64,000 nt of DNA from Felis catus (Eukaryota): NCBI RefSeq assembly GCF_018350175.1, contig NC_058382.1, positions 59,770,001 through 59,834,000 on the forward strand, in the 5' to 3' direction. This document shows, piece after piece, positions 39,207 to 51,500 of this stretch. A program made the position numbers and the translations under genes. Every line of letters starts with the position of its first letter. Position 1 is the first letter of the stretch. The notes under the pieces were generated by a model. It saw only the letters and a program-made list of their open reading frames with translations. It was not told where the DNA came from and made no database searches.

Positions 39207-40050
39207 TTTAAGTGCACAGTTCACTCGTGTCAAACATCCTGAGTGCTGTGCACAACTGTTCCCAGCGCCCCCCTCCAGAAAGCGGGTCTTGTAACAATGA
39301 GCCCCGGCACGCATTAACCACTCCCCTCCAGGCCCTGGCACCTGCCGTCCTGCTTTCGGTCTTGAATTTTAACTACCCGAAGTATCTCCCGTAAGTGGAA
39401 TCGTACGGTAATTATCTCTCTGTATCCGGCTATTAGCACAGTGTCCCGAGGGCTCATCTGTGCCCTAGCTGGTGTCGGGGTTCCCTCCTCTTAAGGCTGA
39501 AAAATGTTCCATTGTGTGGACAGACCACCTTTTCTTGATCTGTCCGTGGACCCTTGGGTTGCCTCCACGTCTTGGCCGCTGTGAGTAGCGCTGCCGTGAG
39601 CACGCTGCGTGAAGGTCCCGGAGACCCTGCCGTCCGTTCCAACGGGTCTGGAGGCGGGGCTGTGGTGCTTTTCTCCACGGCGGCCGCTCCGTTTCACATT
39701 CCCACCGACGGTGCGCGGTCCCCACGCCGTTTCTTATGGTGTTGATCGTGGCCGTCCTAGTGGCGTGAGGCAAGGTCTCGCTGTGGGTTTGATCTGCGTT
39801 TCTCGGATGACCCGTGATGCTGAGGATCTTTTCGTGTGTCTGTCGCCTCACCCCGTTTTACCTTAATTGTCTCTGCGAACGCCAGGTCTCCCAATACGGT
39901 GACCTTCTAAGGTCCTGGGGAGGGTGGGAGAGGGGTGGGTAGGAGCTCACCATGTGGGGTGAGTCGTTTCCCCGGAATCCAGAACATGTGCTAGTCAGTA
40001 GCTGTAGCTCATCAGAGCCCAGCTAAAACTGATTTTTAAAAATACATCCT

Positions 40051-40173
40051 GGGGCGCCTAAGTGGCTCGGTCGGCTACGCATCCAACTTCGGCTCAGGTC
40101 ATGATCTCACGTTCGTGAGTTCGAGCCCCACATTGTGCTCCACACTGATAGTGTGGAGCCTGCTTGGGCTCCT

Positions 40174-40211
<38 letters not shown>

Positions 40212-40331
40212 CCTCTCTCCCCCTCTCCCTCTCCCTCTCCCTCTCTCTCTCTCTCTCTCTGCCCCTCCCTGGCTTGCACGCACACACTCTTTCTCTAATT
40301 TAAAAAACTCAGCAATAAAACAACTTATTAA
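40051..40331 (+). mobile_element. Can-SINE with long (CT)n tract
   Basis: GGGGCGCC head; near-perfect TSD AAAAATAC(A/T)TCCT on both flanks. Confidence 0.92.
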
Positions 40332-40611
40332 AAAAATACTTCCTGGTGTTGGTGACGATGGAGGGAGATGGTCACTCTTATGTGGACTTCTCCATGGGCA
40401 ATTTATCAAAAGCCCTAAGTAAAAAGAAACTTCCCTTTGAGCAAATGCATTCTAGGAATCTACCCTGAGGCTATAACTTGTGTACAAAGATAAGCTATCA
40501 AAAATGAGGAATGACCTAAGTACCCACGGAAGCTTGGCTTGTAACTTCTATGTTGTGGAATGTTCGGGTTTTGGGCTGGCTGTCCTCACTAATGTAGAAA
40601 AGGTGGAAAGA

Positions 40612-40814
40612 GGGGCACCTGGTGGCTCAGTCGGTTAAGCATCCGACTTTTGATTTCAGCTCGGGTCACGATCTCCCGGTTTGTAAGATCAAGCCCTGTG
40701 TTGGGCTCTGTGCTGACAGCATGGAGCCTGCTTAGGTTTCTCTCTCCCCATCTCTCTCTCTGCCCCCTCCCCCACCCCTGGTCACATACACACTGTCTGG
40801 AAATATTTTTAAAA
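40612..40814 (+). mobile_element. Can-SINE
   Basis: GGGGCACCTGGTGGCTCAGTCGGTTAAGCATCCGACT head and standard body. Confidence 0.9.
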
Positions 40815-41046
40815 GGGAAGGAGGTCCAGGGTATGTTGTGAAAGAAGGTTCCAGAGCCTAGTATGCCTGCCTGTGCTGTGATGCTGCTGCCCTGACCTGG
40901 TTGCTTATGAGCTGGGTGTCCTTGGACGAGTTTCTTCACCCCTGGGTCCTCCTCTATCACAGGAGATGCCCCAACCACTGCACATCACGTGGTCTCCTCT
41001 GGCCAGCCTGATTCAGTAGGTCAGTTAGGGCCTGGGATTGTGGCTT

Positions 41047-41048
<2 letters not shown>

Positions 41049-41104
<56 letters not shown>
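41049..41104. repeat. (CA)n microsatellite, ~27-28 units
   Basis: Uninterrupted CA run. Confidence 0.95.
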
Positions 41105-41106
<2 letters not shown>

Positions 41107-43562
41107 ACGAGCACAACAGGTGGCTTTCATCTAAAGCGACATGTGGGCGGCACTCATTTCCGAGTCCTGCCTGCCTTGGAGATTCTGGGTTGGGCCCAGA
41201 CGTGGACGTGTGGACATGTGGAATTGCTGGGGTGGTGGTTTTCACTCAGGGTGCAGTGCATTCTGCTATTGTTTCCAGAAACTCTGGGAAACCCACTTTC
41301 TGGGTGAAGCAGGAAGCAAAAGTTCGGGGTACAACCTGACTTCCCAGTGTGTCCCCTGCTGGTGAGATGGGGTTTGGGGATGGAGGGGCCTCCACGCACC
41401 CCCCCGCCCCCGGGCATGAATGTGGGGACACAGGGCATCCTGTGCGCCTGAGGAAAAGGGGCCTGGAGCTCTGTGAATGCCTTCTGTTCCTCCCAGGGAG
41501 ATGCCTGTTCAACACGGGGCTCTCATGCCAGGCCTGACACCCCGGGCCTATTGGTGCAGGGGTCCGGGGGCACACGGACCCCAAGGAGAGGGGTTCTGGG
41601 TGTTTCAGGGACCCCTGGGCTCACTGGGAGGAACAAGGGGTGTTCTGGTGGAGCCAGCATTGGAGAATCAACTGTGTCCCCCTCTCTCTGAGGGAGAAGA
41701 CTCTAACTGCTTCTCTGGCCCCTCTTTCCTTCTCTGGGCAGGAAGCGATCACTCAGGCTTTCTCCCCTCCCAGCCCAGCGTCCCGGAGGGAGTCGGCGGT
41801 TGGCCACATTCTGGGATCCAGTCACCTGCGATGGGGGAGGGGAAGGGCTGCACCCTGTGCGCACTGGGGGTAGTGGACCTCTGGGAGGAGGCCAGTGCAG
41901 GTGGAGTGGGAGGCTTCTGGACGGGAGAATAGGAGCTGGGCTGTGGCACTGGCCCCTGGGTAGGCAGGTGTGGTGTGGGGCTAAGGAGAGGGGGGTTCAG
42001 CCACCTGCAGGCCTGAGGCCCTCCAGGCGGGCGGGCAGGCAGGCTTTGAGATCAGCTCCAGCTGGGTTCAAATCCCCCTCTTGTCAGTAACATCGGATGG
42101 CTCTTTTGCTCCCAAGCCTCAGTCTTCTATCAAATGGGCACAATGAGTCCTGACTTCACAGCAAATGTTGTTCCTTCCTCTCCTTCCTTTGACCCTGGGG
42201 CTCCCAGCTGGTCCCCTGGGTGTGCCCCCAGGAAGATCTGTCCCTGCCCAGGGCATGCTCTCAGGGTGCGCTCAGGAGGGCATCTCCGCTGATGTCCAGC
42301 CCTAGAGGCCGGCCTGTGGCGGAGACTGCGTTTTCCACCAGGGTGGTCCTCTGGGGTTGTGTGACAAGTGCTTTGGAAGAGTGCCAGCTGATGGGCAGGG
42401 GCTTCAGATGGGAAAATAAAAGCCTGTGAGAAATGTGTGGAGCTCTAGGGAGCCACACAGAACTCAGCAAGAGCTGACTGTCCGCCCGGCCCAAGGTGCC
42501 AGAAGCTGGGGGTTGGGGCTTGCCTGGGCTCTGGCTTTCAGAATTTGGATGGGGTGCCAAGCCAGGTATGGAGCCTCCCTGGGGTTCCAGATGCAGCGGC
42601 AGGGTCACCTGGGAGCTTGTTAGGAATGCAGAAGCTCAGGCTGCACCACCTGACTCAAATTCAGGGGGTTTTATCCTGCTCCTCGGGGGATGCTGATGCT
42701 GCTCAAGTGTAAGGCAGTCCCAGGTCCCACAGCCTTGTCCTGTTGGCTCTTCCCTGAGAGTCTTGCCGTCTCTAGATGGCATTTCCCAGGCAAGGATCGG
42801 GGAGGTTTGCTTCCTCACCTGCAGTCCCCTTAGATCTCCTGATTCCACGTTCCAGGTGATGGGGATGGAGGGGCCAGCCCATTATCTTCATCAGAATAGG
42901 CAGGTGAGGTGGGTGAAGGCGGAGTCCACTCGAGGGTGCTCTGCCTTACTGAGCTTGCCTGGAGAGAAGTAGGCATGCCCCCAGCTGTCCATCTGCGCCT
43001 GAGTCTTTCTGTGCCCGGTGGCCCAGGGTCAGGTTGGAGGTACACACAGGAAGTTTCCCCTGCTCTGGGGCCCTCACAGCATCCTGCAGGGACAATACCT
43101 GTCAGGGTCACTTGGTCTTCCCGTTGTACTGGGTATGTTGGCTCCTGCCTTCTCACACACAGGCTGCTTGGGGTATAAAACAAAACACTGGATTTAGGGT
43201 TTTGCAAATAACTGATTGGATTCAAATGTTGGGAGGGGCTTGAACCCTTTGTCTCCCCTGCCCCCACCCTGCCAGCCCCGGCAAGGAGGGAGAGGGCTAA
43301 GGACTCTGGGCAGAGAGGCTGGGGGGGGGGGCAGGGGGTGGGGGATGGGAGCCTCCCCACGGCCTCTCTGGTCGCTGAGCTCACCTGGGTCTGTTGTCTT
43401 GATTCTGTCAGCCCTTTGTGGGGAAGGGAGGAGGCTGTGCTCCCAGGCCGGTCCTAGCAGAGCTGGGCTGTGGTGTTTCCTTGATGTTGAAATCCAGTTT
43501 CTTGCCGATGTCGACTGCAGCCTTGTAGAAGAGTTCCCACTGGGGGCAAACATGCAGAAACA

Positions 43563-43768
43563 GGGGCACCTGGGTGGCTCAGTCAGCTGAGCATCCAACT
43601 TCAGCTCAGGTCATGATCTCGTGGTTCATGGATTTGAGTCCCGTGTCAGGCTCTGTGCTGACCGTGCAGAGCCTGCTTGGAATTCTCTCCCCCCCTCCCC
43701 CCTCCCCCCCTCCTCCCCTCTCCCTACTTGTGCTGTCTCTGTCTCCCTCAAAATAAATAGCTAAAAAA
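43563..43768 (+). mobile_element. Can-SINE
   Basis: GGGGCACCTGGGTGGCTCAGTCAG head, CT-rich tract, AAAATAAA tail. Confidence 0.92.
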
Positions 43769-45339
43769 CGCAGGTCCAACAAAACTGTACACTCTGGCCA
43801 AGGAACCTTCCTTGGATGTGGGTGTGGACACTCGCAGCTTGGACTGGGCACAGAAGGCCTTCAAGGGCCTGCTTGCCCCACCCTCAGGGAAGGAGCCGCC
43901 GGGACCACTGAGCCTGCTCCCGGTGTCCTCCTCACGGCCTTGGGTTGGTGGAAGCCATGGGCTCTGTCCCAGTGTGGGCCACCCTGGCGTGCTGGGTGGC
44001 ACAGAGTCAGCCACCGCCTTTGTCCGTCCTGCCCCGTGCTTACAGCCAGGTTGACTTGACTCTGGGAGGGGTGCGGTGGACGCCATGGGGCACGTGGATA
44101 AAACCCATATCCTACCCTCCGGAGGACAAGGTACCCACTGCCTGGCACAGGCAGCCAGCCGGAGGCAGGGAGAGCTCTTGGTTGGGGCAGGGGTGGGAGG
44201 AGGGGAGAGCCCTTACTGCACTATATTTCCCCGAGTTAAGGCCGTGGGCCCGGGGCTGCTTCCCCCAGCGGGGTGCACCCCCACCCGGCTTTGCGGTTAC
44301 CAGATGACTGACCTGGGTGGGGGTACAGAAGCCCTCCCCGCCGGGTGGGATGAGTTTCATGGGATCGGGCTGAAGTGCATGTGCAGCTGAGGCCGCCCTC
44401 CCTCGGCCCGCCCCATAGGATAGGTTCCCAAGAACCGTGCCCTGCTTCTAGAAAGCACCTGTGTTGTGGGGCACTTTTTAAATGGACAGGCTGCTGTCTG
44501 CTGGAGCAAAAGGCTCCCTGGTCCTTTGTCCCGGCTACATCTCTTCCCCCCCGGGCATGGGTCATGAGAATAACGGGTCTAGAATACAAGGCCCTTACTC
44601 TCTGGGGAGCTGGCAGCCTGGTTCAGCAGGCGGATGTGTCCTGCAAACGTGGAAGGACCCAGGCACCCTCCAGAGTCCGCCTGTGGAATGCCGGACGTCC
44701 TGTGCGGTGGGCTCTGTGGGCTGGGGTAGCCTAGGTGTTGGGAGGGGGCTCCAGCTGGGCTGGAGTGGGTGGGATCTGGACGGCGGGGTGGGGATTAAGT
44801 AAGGGCAGGCTGCGCGGATAAGGTCTCAGACGAGCCCTTGGAGGGTCAGGACCTGTTCTGATTTGGGGGCTGTGGGTGACCGTGGTGGGTAGTGGCATAT
44901 CGATGGCTGATGTCCTTTAGGGATGCCCTGTCTAGAGGACCAAGATCCAGGGTTGCCAGATCCTGTCATTTTTTTTAGGAGAAACCAGAACTGAGTTTTC
45001 ACGTGGCAACCCTTTGATTTTGAAATGTTGGCTCTTCCAGTTTTTTTATGAAAACACTATGGGGCAGATAAAACCTGTATGTTGCTTCTGTGACAGTGAG
45101 TTGGGAGAGGAAGGGGAACAGCCCCCCCCCCCATTTTCACTGAGAAGTCCTTCCGGGGTGGGGAGCCCCTCAGTGGTGCCTAGCTGAGGCCTGGCAGTGA
45201 CTCTAGGAATCCTAGGGTTTTCATCCCCCCCTCTATCGATGAGGAGACTGAGGGTCAGAGAGGTTCCCATCACACGACAAGTAGAGCAACACGAGCCTGG
45301 TTTTGCCGCTTTATTTTTCCTTTTTATCCTCTTCTGTTA

Positions 45340-45830
45340 GGATATTACATATATAATAAAATCTGCAATTTTGATCCCTCTTCAAGCGCGCAGGTCAGTC
45401 ACGTTACATTGACGATGTTGTGCCACCGTCACCTCTGTCTTTCAAAACTTCTCTGTCACCCCGAATAGAAACTGACCCCATTCAACAACTTCCTGTTCCT
45501 CCCTCCGCCCCCACCCCCACCCCTGGCACCTGCCGTTCTTCTGTCTGTGAACTTGACTACTGGAAGGGCGTCATGTAAATGTGATTGCGGTATCTGTCCT
45601 TCTGTGACTGGCTCGTTTCACCGAGCGTAAGGTCGTCACGGTTCATCCCTGCTGTAGCGGGTGTCAGAGTTTAACCGCTGGATAACATTCCACTGTATGG
45701 ATAGACCCCACATTATCTGTCCATCCACGGATGGACCCTCAGGTTGTTCCCACCTGCTGGCCATCTGAATTACGCTGCTGTGAACGTGGGTGTGCAAATG
45801 CTTCTTTGGAGCTTCTGCTTTTCATTCTTT
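45340..45830 (-). mobile_element. Old L1 (L1MB-like) 3' end
   Basis: gatgttgtgccaccgtcacc...tgtccttctgtgactggctcgtttcac...gctgtgaacgtgggtgtgcaaat. Confidence 0.75.
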
Positions 45831-46310
45831 TGGGGACGTCTGGTCTGCGGATTGCAATACCTTAATGTTTCCAATTCTCTTCCAAACCCTTCCTACCCCC
45901 CCCCCCCGCCCCCACCTGCTCGTACTGGGTTTGTGGCCTGGGCCTGTGTCCCTGTAGCTGGACTCCCGGACCCCACGACTGTCGGGGTCACTCGCTAACG
46001 TGCTTCCCTCTCCTTGGCTGCGTCCTCTCCCTGTCTTCTCAGGGTTGGGCCTTTGTCCCTGTGCAGGGAGAGCTCTGTAGTTCACAGCTGACTCTGTATG
46101 AGACTCGGCCACCCCCCTTCTCCCTCCCCAACTTGGAAGAGCTCGAGGTGCAGCTGTAGGAAGCAGGGCTCAAGGGTTCTCCGCCATCGGCGGTCCCTCT
46201 GCCTCAATGCCAACCGTGCCAAGATGTCTCAGGCAACCCACGGTGTCCCCACCCCCCCCCACCCCCGTGGTCCTGCGGGGGGCTCATCCCTCTCTCCGCT
46301 GTCTCCGCAG

Positions 46311-47088
46311 GGACCTACCAGGGCCAGTGGGCCGGCGGCATGCGCCAGGGCTACGGTGTGCGGCAGAGCGTCCCCTACGGCATGGCGGCCGTCATCCGCT
46401 CGCCCCTGAGGACGTCCATCAACTCCCTGCGCAGCGAGCACACCAACGGCGCCGCGCTGCACCCCGACGCGTCCCCGGCGGCGGCCGGCAGCCCGGCCGT
46501 GTCCCGAGGGGGCTTCGTGCTCGTGGCGCACAGCGACTCCGACAGCCTCAAGAGCAAGAAGAAGGGGCTGTTCCGGCGCTCGCTGCTGAGCGGCCTGAAG
46601 CTGCGCAAGTCCGAGTCCAAGAGCAGCCTGGCCAGCCAGCGCAGCAAGCAGAGCTCGTTCCGCAGCGAGGCCGGCATGAGCACCGTCAGCTCCACCGCCA
46701 GCGACATCCACTCCACCATCAGCCTGGGCGAGGGCGAGGCCGAGCTGGCGGTCATCGAGGACGACATCGACGCCACCACCACCGAGACCTACGTGGGCGA
46801 GTGGAAGAGCGACAAGCGCTCGGGCTTCGGGGTGAGCCAGCGCTCGGACGGGCTCAAGTACGAGGGCGAGTGGGCCGGCAACCGGCGGCACGGCTACGGC
46901 TGCATGACGTTCCCCGACGGCACCAAGGAGGAGGGCAAGTACAAGCAGAACGTCCTCGTGAGCGGCAAGCGCAAGAACCTCATCCCGCTGCGCGCCAGCA
47001 AGATCCGCGAGAAGGTGGACCGGGCCGTGGAGGCCGCCGAGCGGGCCGCCACCATCGCCAAGCAGAAGGCGGAGATCGCGGCCTCCAG
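46311..47088 (+). CDS. JPH3: Junctophilin-3 coding exon 2 (MORN 6, Ser-rich joining region, MORN 7-8, start of the alpha-helical domain)
   Basis: Pyrimidine tract and acceptor tctctccgctgtctccgcAG|GG. Phase 1 matches exon 1 (G+GG=Gly), reading [16 protein letters not shown]...[14 protein letters not shown]...[14 protein letters not shown]...[10 protein letters not shown]. Donor CAG|GTAGGA at 47089; exon is 778 nt. The gene continues beyond the window. Confidence 0.97.
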
Positions 47089-47169
47089 GTAGGAGGGGCG
47101 CGGGCGCGCAGGGCGGCGGGGCCTGGGCCGCTCGGGGCGCGGCGCTGGTGTTTCTGGACGGTGCCCGCT

Positions 47170-48516
47170 GGAACTCGGAGGTTCTCGGGGAGGCGGTGCG
47201 CGGGAACTCGGGGTTCCTCGGCGCAAGACCTCGGGGCTCCTCGGAGGTTCTCGGGGCGGGCACAAGAACTCGGGGTTCCTCGGAGGTTCTCGGCGCAGGA
47301 ACTCGGGGCTCCTCGGAGGTTCTCGGGGAGGGCACAAGAACTCAGGGTTCCTCCGCGCGGGAACTCGGGGTTCCTCGGCGGTTCTCGGGTGGGGAGGCTG
47401 TGCGCAAGACCTCGGGGCTCCTCGGAGGTTCTCGGGGCGGGCACAAGAACTCGGGGTTCCTCGGAGGTTCTCGGCGCAGGAACTCGGGGCTCCTCGGAGG
47501 TTCTCGGGGAGGCTCGCGGAAACTCGGGGTTCCTCGGCGGTTCTCGGGTGGGGAGGCTGTGCGCAAGACCTCGGGGTTCCTCGGAGGTTCTCGGCGCAGG
47601 AACTCGGGGCTCCTCGGAGGTTCTCGGGGAGGCTGTGCGCGGAAACTCGGGGTTCCTCGGCGGTTCTCGGGTGGGGAGGCTGTGCGCAAGACCTCGGGGC
47701 TCCTCGGAGGTTCTCGGGGCGGGCACAAGAACTCGGGGTTCCTCGGAGGTTCTCGGCGCAGGAACTCGGGGCTCCTCGGAGGTTCTCGGGGAGGCTGTGC
47801 GCGGAAACTCGGGGTTCCTCGGCGGTTCTCGGGTGGGGAGGCTGTGCGCAAGACCTCGGGGCTCCTCGGAGGTTCTCGGGGCGGGCACAAGAACTCGGGG
47901 TTCCTCGGAGGTTCTCGGCGCAGGAACTCGGGGCTCCTCGGAGGTTCTCGGGGAGGCTGTGCGCGGAAACTCGGGGTTCCTCGGCGGTTCTCGGGTGGGG
48001 AGGCTGTGCGCAAGACCTCGGGGCTCCTCGGAGGTTCTCGGGGCGGGCACAAGAACTCGGGGTTCTTCGGAGGTTCTCGGCGCAGGAACTCGGGGCTCCT
48101 CGGAGGTTCTCGGGGAGGGCACAAGAACTCAGGGTTCCTCCGCGCGGGAACTCGGGGTTCCTCGGCGGTTCTCGGGTGGGGAGGCTGTGCGCAAGACCTC
48201 GGGGCTCCTCGGAGGTTCTCGGGGCGGGCACAAGAACTCGGGGTTCCTTGGAGGTTCTCGGCGCAGGAACTCGGGGCTCCTCGGAGGTTCTCGGGGAGGG
48301 GGTGCACAGGAACTCGGGGTTCCTCGGCGGTTCTCGGGGAGGGCACAAGAACTCGGGGTTCCTTGGAGGTACTCGGGGTTCCTCGGAGGTTCTCGGCGCA
48401 GGAACTCGGGGCTCCTCGGAGATTCTCGGGGAGGCGGTGCGCGGGAACTCGGGGTTCCTCGGCGGTTCTCGGGGAGGGCACAAGAACTCGGGGCTCCTCG
48501 GAGGTTCTCGGGGAGG
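47170..48516. repeat. CpG-rich hierarchical minisatellite (33-47-bp monomers, 162-bp higher-order unit)
   Basis: Monomers start (A/G)(A/G)GAACTCGGGG(T/C)TCCTCGG(A/C)GGTTCTCGG. GGAAACTC recurs at 47641, 47803 and 47965 (period 162). Confidence 0.96.
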
Positions 48517-51500
48517 TGGGGGTGCTGCAAGGCAGTGCATGATCTGAGGAGGTCCTGGGCCCTGCGGCCTTCCATCCGACAGGACAGCGTCTCCTTTATC
48601 TGTTTTGAGTGCTGGTGTTCAAGGAGAGGTGTTGAGGGATAAAGGAGGTGGGCTGTTCTGGGGAGACAAAAGTGTGATGTCCCCAGGCTGCGGGTCTAGC
48701 CCCGCAAGGACATGGGGGAGGGAGGAAGCTGTCTTGGCTGTCCATGGGCCCCAGGACACAGTCCTAACTGCAGGGACTGGCTGGGGGCGCCTGGAAAGGG
48801 GTCCGTGTAAGACTTGGTGCTGTGGGCAAAGGCTGTTGTGAGACGCGGCCCTTACTGAGTTCGGGGTTCCGCAGGGCTGGCGGGCACTTAACATCGGTTT
48901 CGAGTTGGCTGTTGGCAGGTGCCACGTTGGAATTCAAGGTGGCTTTGGTGTTGGTGCAGGGTGGGGGCTTCAGAGCTGGAGAAGGGGCACAGGGCCTGGC
49001 TCCCTGGGAGCTGCAGATGTAGGTGCGTGAGCGGCGAGGCCGTGGACGGCAGGGACCACTTGCAGCTGGGAGGAAGTGGCCCTGTTGAAAGCCAAGACCC
49101 CCCCAGAGGCCACGTGCCTGGGTTCTAAAGGAACCATTCCTGATTTGAGGTACCTGAGAGCTTCCTGTCCTGTGTGTGCTTTCCTGGGTCAGGGTGGGAC
49201 CTGGGGGTCTTACCCCGAGGTGCTCAGGGATGGAGCCCCTGGCTGCCTGGGCAGGAGGCTTCTGGGAGGACAGACCCCAGCGTCTTTCTGGATGATTCTG
49301 TGTTCCTGGCCGGGGGCAGGAAAACTTCCCAACTTTGCTAATTAAGGTTTTAGTGTGTGTGGTTCTAGTTTTCAATGAGCTTTGAACAGTGCGAACAAAA
49401 CTGGTAGGTGCCGTTTATTGCCAGAATACGTACTGCTCCCAACATCCCAGGTTTTAGAGGGAAACGAAATCCTTTCTAAGAAGCCAAGAGAAAAGTGGAG
49501 TCCCTGCCTGAGCACCGAGGTCCAAGATGGCTGTTCGCCCCCTCTCGCCTCCCCCCAGGTACGTTCAGGCCTGGAAAGAAACAGGAGCAGCATTTATGAC
49601 CACTCCCCTGGGGGGTTAAGATGAAATTAGGTTTCATAGTTATTTCTTCCAGTATAAATGTGACAGTCGCTCGTATAGAAACATTGGAACACAGATCGTA
49701 AGAGGAAGCCGGCGTCACGAGCCCCGGTCTGCTGCGCCATCCAGACTCTGGCTGGCATCTGGCTGTATTTCCTGCCTTCCTGTCTGTCGTTCATTCCTTC
49801 ACCTTTTGTATTTGGTTTATTTCGTTGACCTCCGCGGATGAGAGGTAGTTACAGGGCTGGGGGACAGCGTCGTCGAGGACCCGGGGTCCCCTCACGGCAG
49901 CTCGTCTCTGGCCTGTGGCTTAGTTCTCGGCCCAGGGTCCGTGAGGACGCGGGAGAGTCTGCAGAAATGACTTTAAAGTCTAGCGACGAGGAGAACTTCC
50001 TCGGGACTGAGGACATGGGACACGGGGTGGTTTTCTGACAAATCCCACAGAAATGGGGCTCTGGGTCCCATGAAAGAGTCGAGCCCGTGTTGTGGGCAGA
50101 GCTCAGAGTCCACACGCCTGAGGAGCTCCGCTTGGGGCTGGTTTCAACCTCTGAGCCTCGGTTTCCTCGTCTGTGAAGTGGGACTAATGGCTCCTGCCTG
50201 CAGCGAAGGTCTCAGAACCCGGGTGCCAGCTCAGGGAGCGTATGGACCCTGGTCTGGCTCAGGCCCATCACTGCTGAGCAGCCTGGGGAAGATGCTTCCC
50301 CTCTCTGGGCTGGGTTCCCCGTTGAGGGACGGGATGCAGTGATGCACAGTGCCCTCAGCCTGCGTGGGGCTGGTGCACGGCACTGTCACCCTCCCCCGGA
50401 ACATGCCAGCCCCTCCCCTTCCCCTCCGACCCCAAGACCTCTCGGGACGGGGGGGGTGGGGGGGAGTGGGTGTGTCTGCACGTTTGCACTGTGACTGAGC
50501 TGTGTGGGCCTCTTGGTGTCCAGGGCCACCCACTGGAGGCAGGGGTGACCACGTCCTCTATCCCTGCAGTAGGGTCCGGGATAAGAAGCCTCCCTTCGAG
50601 GCGCAGGAGGAAGCCCTGCTTCCTGCATTGTCTCAATGGGCTGACAGGCCAGTTCCCTCTTTTTTTCTAACTCTGCTTGGACGGCGCGGCCCACACGAAA
50701 GCTGGGTCAGCGTCCCAGAGGCCCCAAGGCCCGCCCTCCACTGGAGCGTGAAAGTGGCCTCGGCGGCTGCGGCGTGGCTAAACCCAGGAGGACCCTGGTC
50801 ATTGTCACAGCCAAGAGACGGCCAGGCCGAGACAGCAGGAACAGAGAGGGGCCACCGCTCCCTCCTTGGGCCCTGGCCGGGTCCTCATCAGGGTGCCCAG
50901 GACCCTCCCCGGGGGGCGTGGGGGTCAGCTCTGGGGGGGGGGGCGGCTGTGGAGGGAGGGGACAGGCACACAGGCTTTCCTGGGAAACGTGGTGGGGGTG
51001 GCATTCTGACCCGTGGTCCCGGTCCCTGGGTCATACCGCCAAGGGGGCTGTGGGGGTGGGGGCGTGTCTGCAGCCGGATCTCCGCCCCCACCTCTGTACA
51101 GGGGATCGCCTGGGACCCCCAGTCACCCTGAGGCCAGCCACCCAGAGATGCCGGGACCTTGTCAGGTGCCGCCTCGGCTCCGCTCTTCAAAGCTTTCCAG
51201 GCCACGCCCGGTGTCGCCAGCACCTGGTGGTGTATAAAACTCGCACCGCCGGGCCCCACCCCAGAGCTGCCGATTCGGGGGGTCCGGGTGGGGCCCGAGA
51301 ACCTGCATTCGTTCTTCACGAGCCCCCGGGGGACGCCGGGAGCCTCCAGCGCTTCTGACAGGAGGCCCGCAGGGCAGAGGCGTTGTCGGAGGGTCCCAGG
51401 TGGGTCTGTCTGGGCCGCCGAGGTCTGAGCAGAAGGCGCTGCTGTCCTTCGCCTGGGACTTCCTGTCCAGTTATGTCTGCCCGGTTGTGCGTGCCGGTGA

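Larger units (their letters stand above)
38710..39850 (-). mobile_element. L1MB-like 3' end hosting the two young SINEs
   Basis: The reconstructed empty site aaaatttaccatctcgaccatttttaagtgcacagttca and downstream ttaaggctgaaaaatgttccattgtgtgg match reverse L1MB 3' UTR. Confidence 0.8.

Noticed and set aside
47170..48516. Repeat-plus-variable-linker pattern as a CRISPR-like array
   Set aside because: Linkers are short and themselves repeated rather than unique spacers, there are no cas genes, and the context is a mammalian intron.
46207..48642. 811-aa ORF and the other 370-550-aa ORFs over exon 2 and the adjacent repeat, as standalone genes
   Set aside because: Explained by GC-rich third positions of exon 2 plus a stop-poor 162-bp (54-codon) repeat that is open in several frames on both strands. 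Only the exon 2 part is kept, as a hypothesis.
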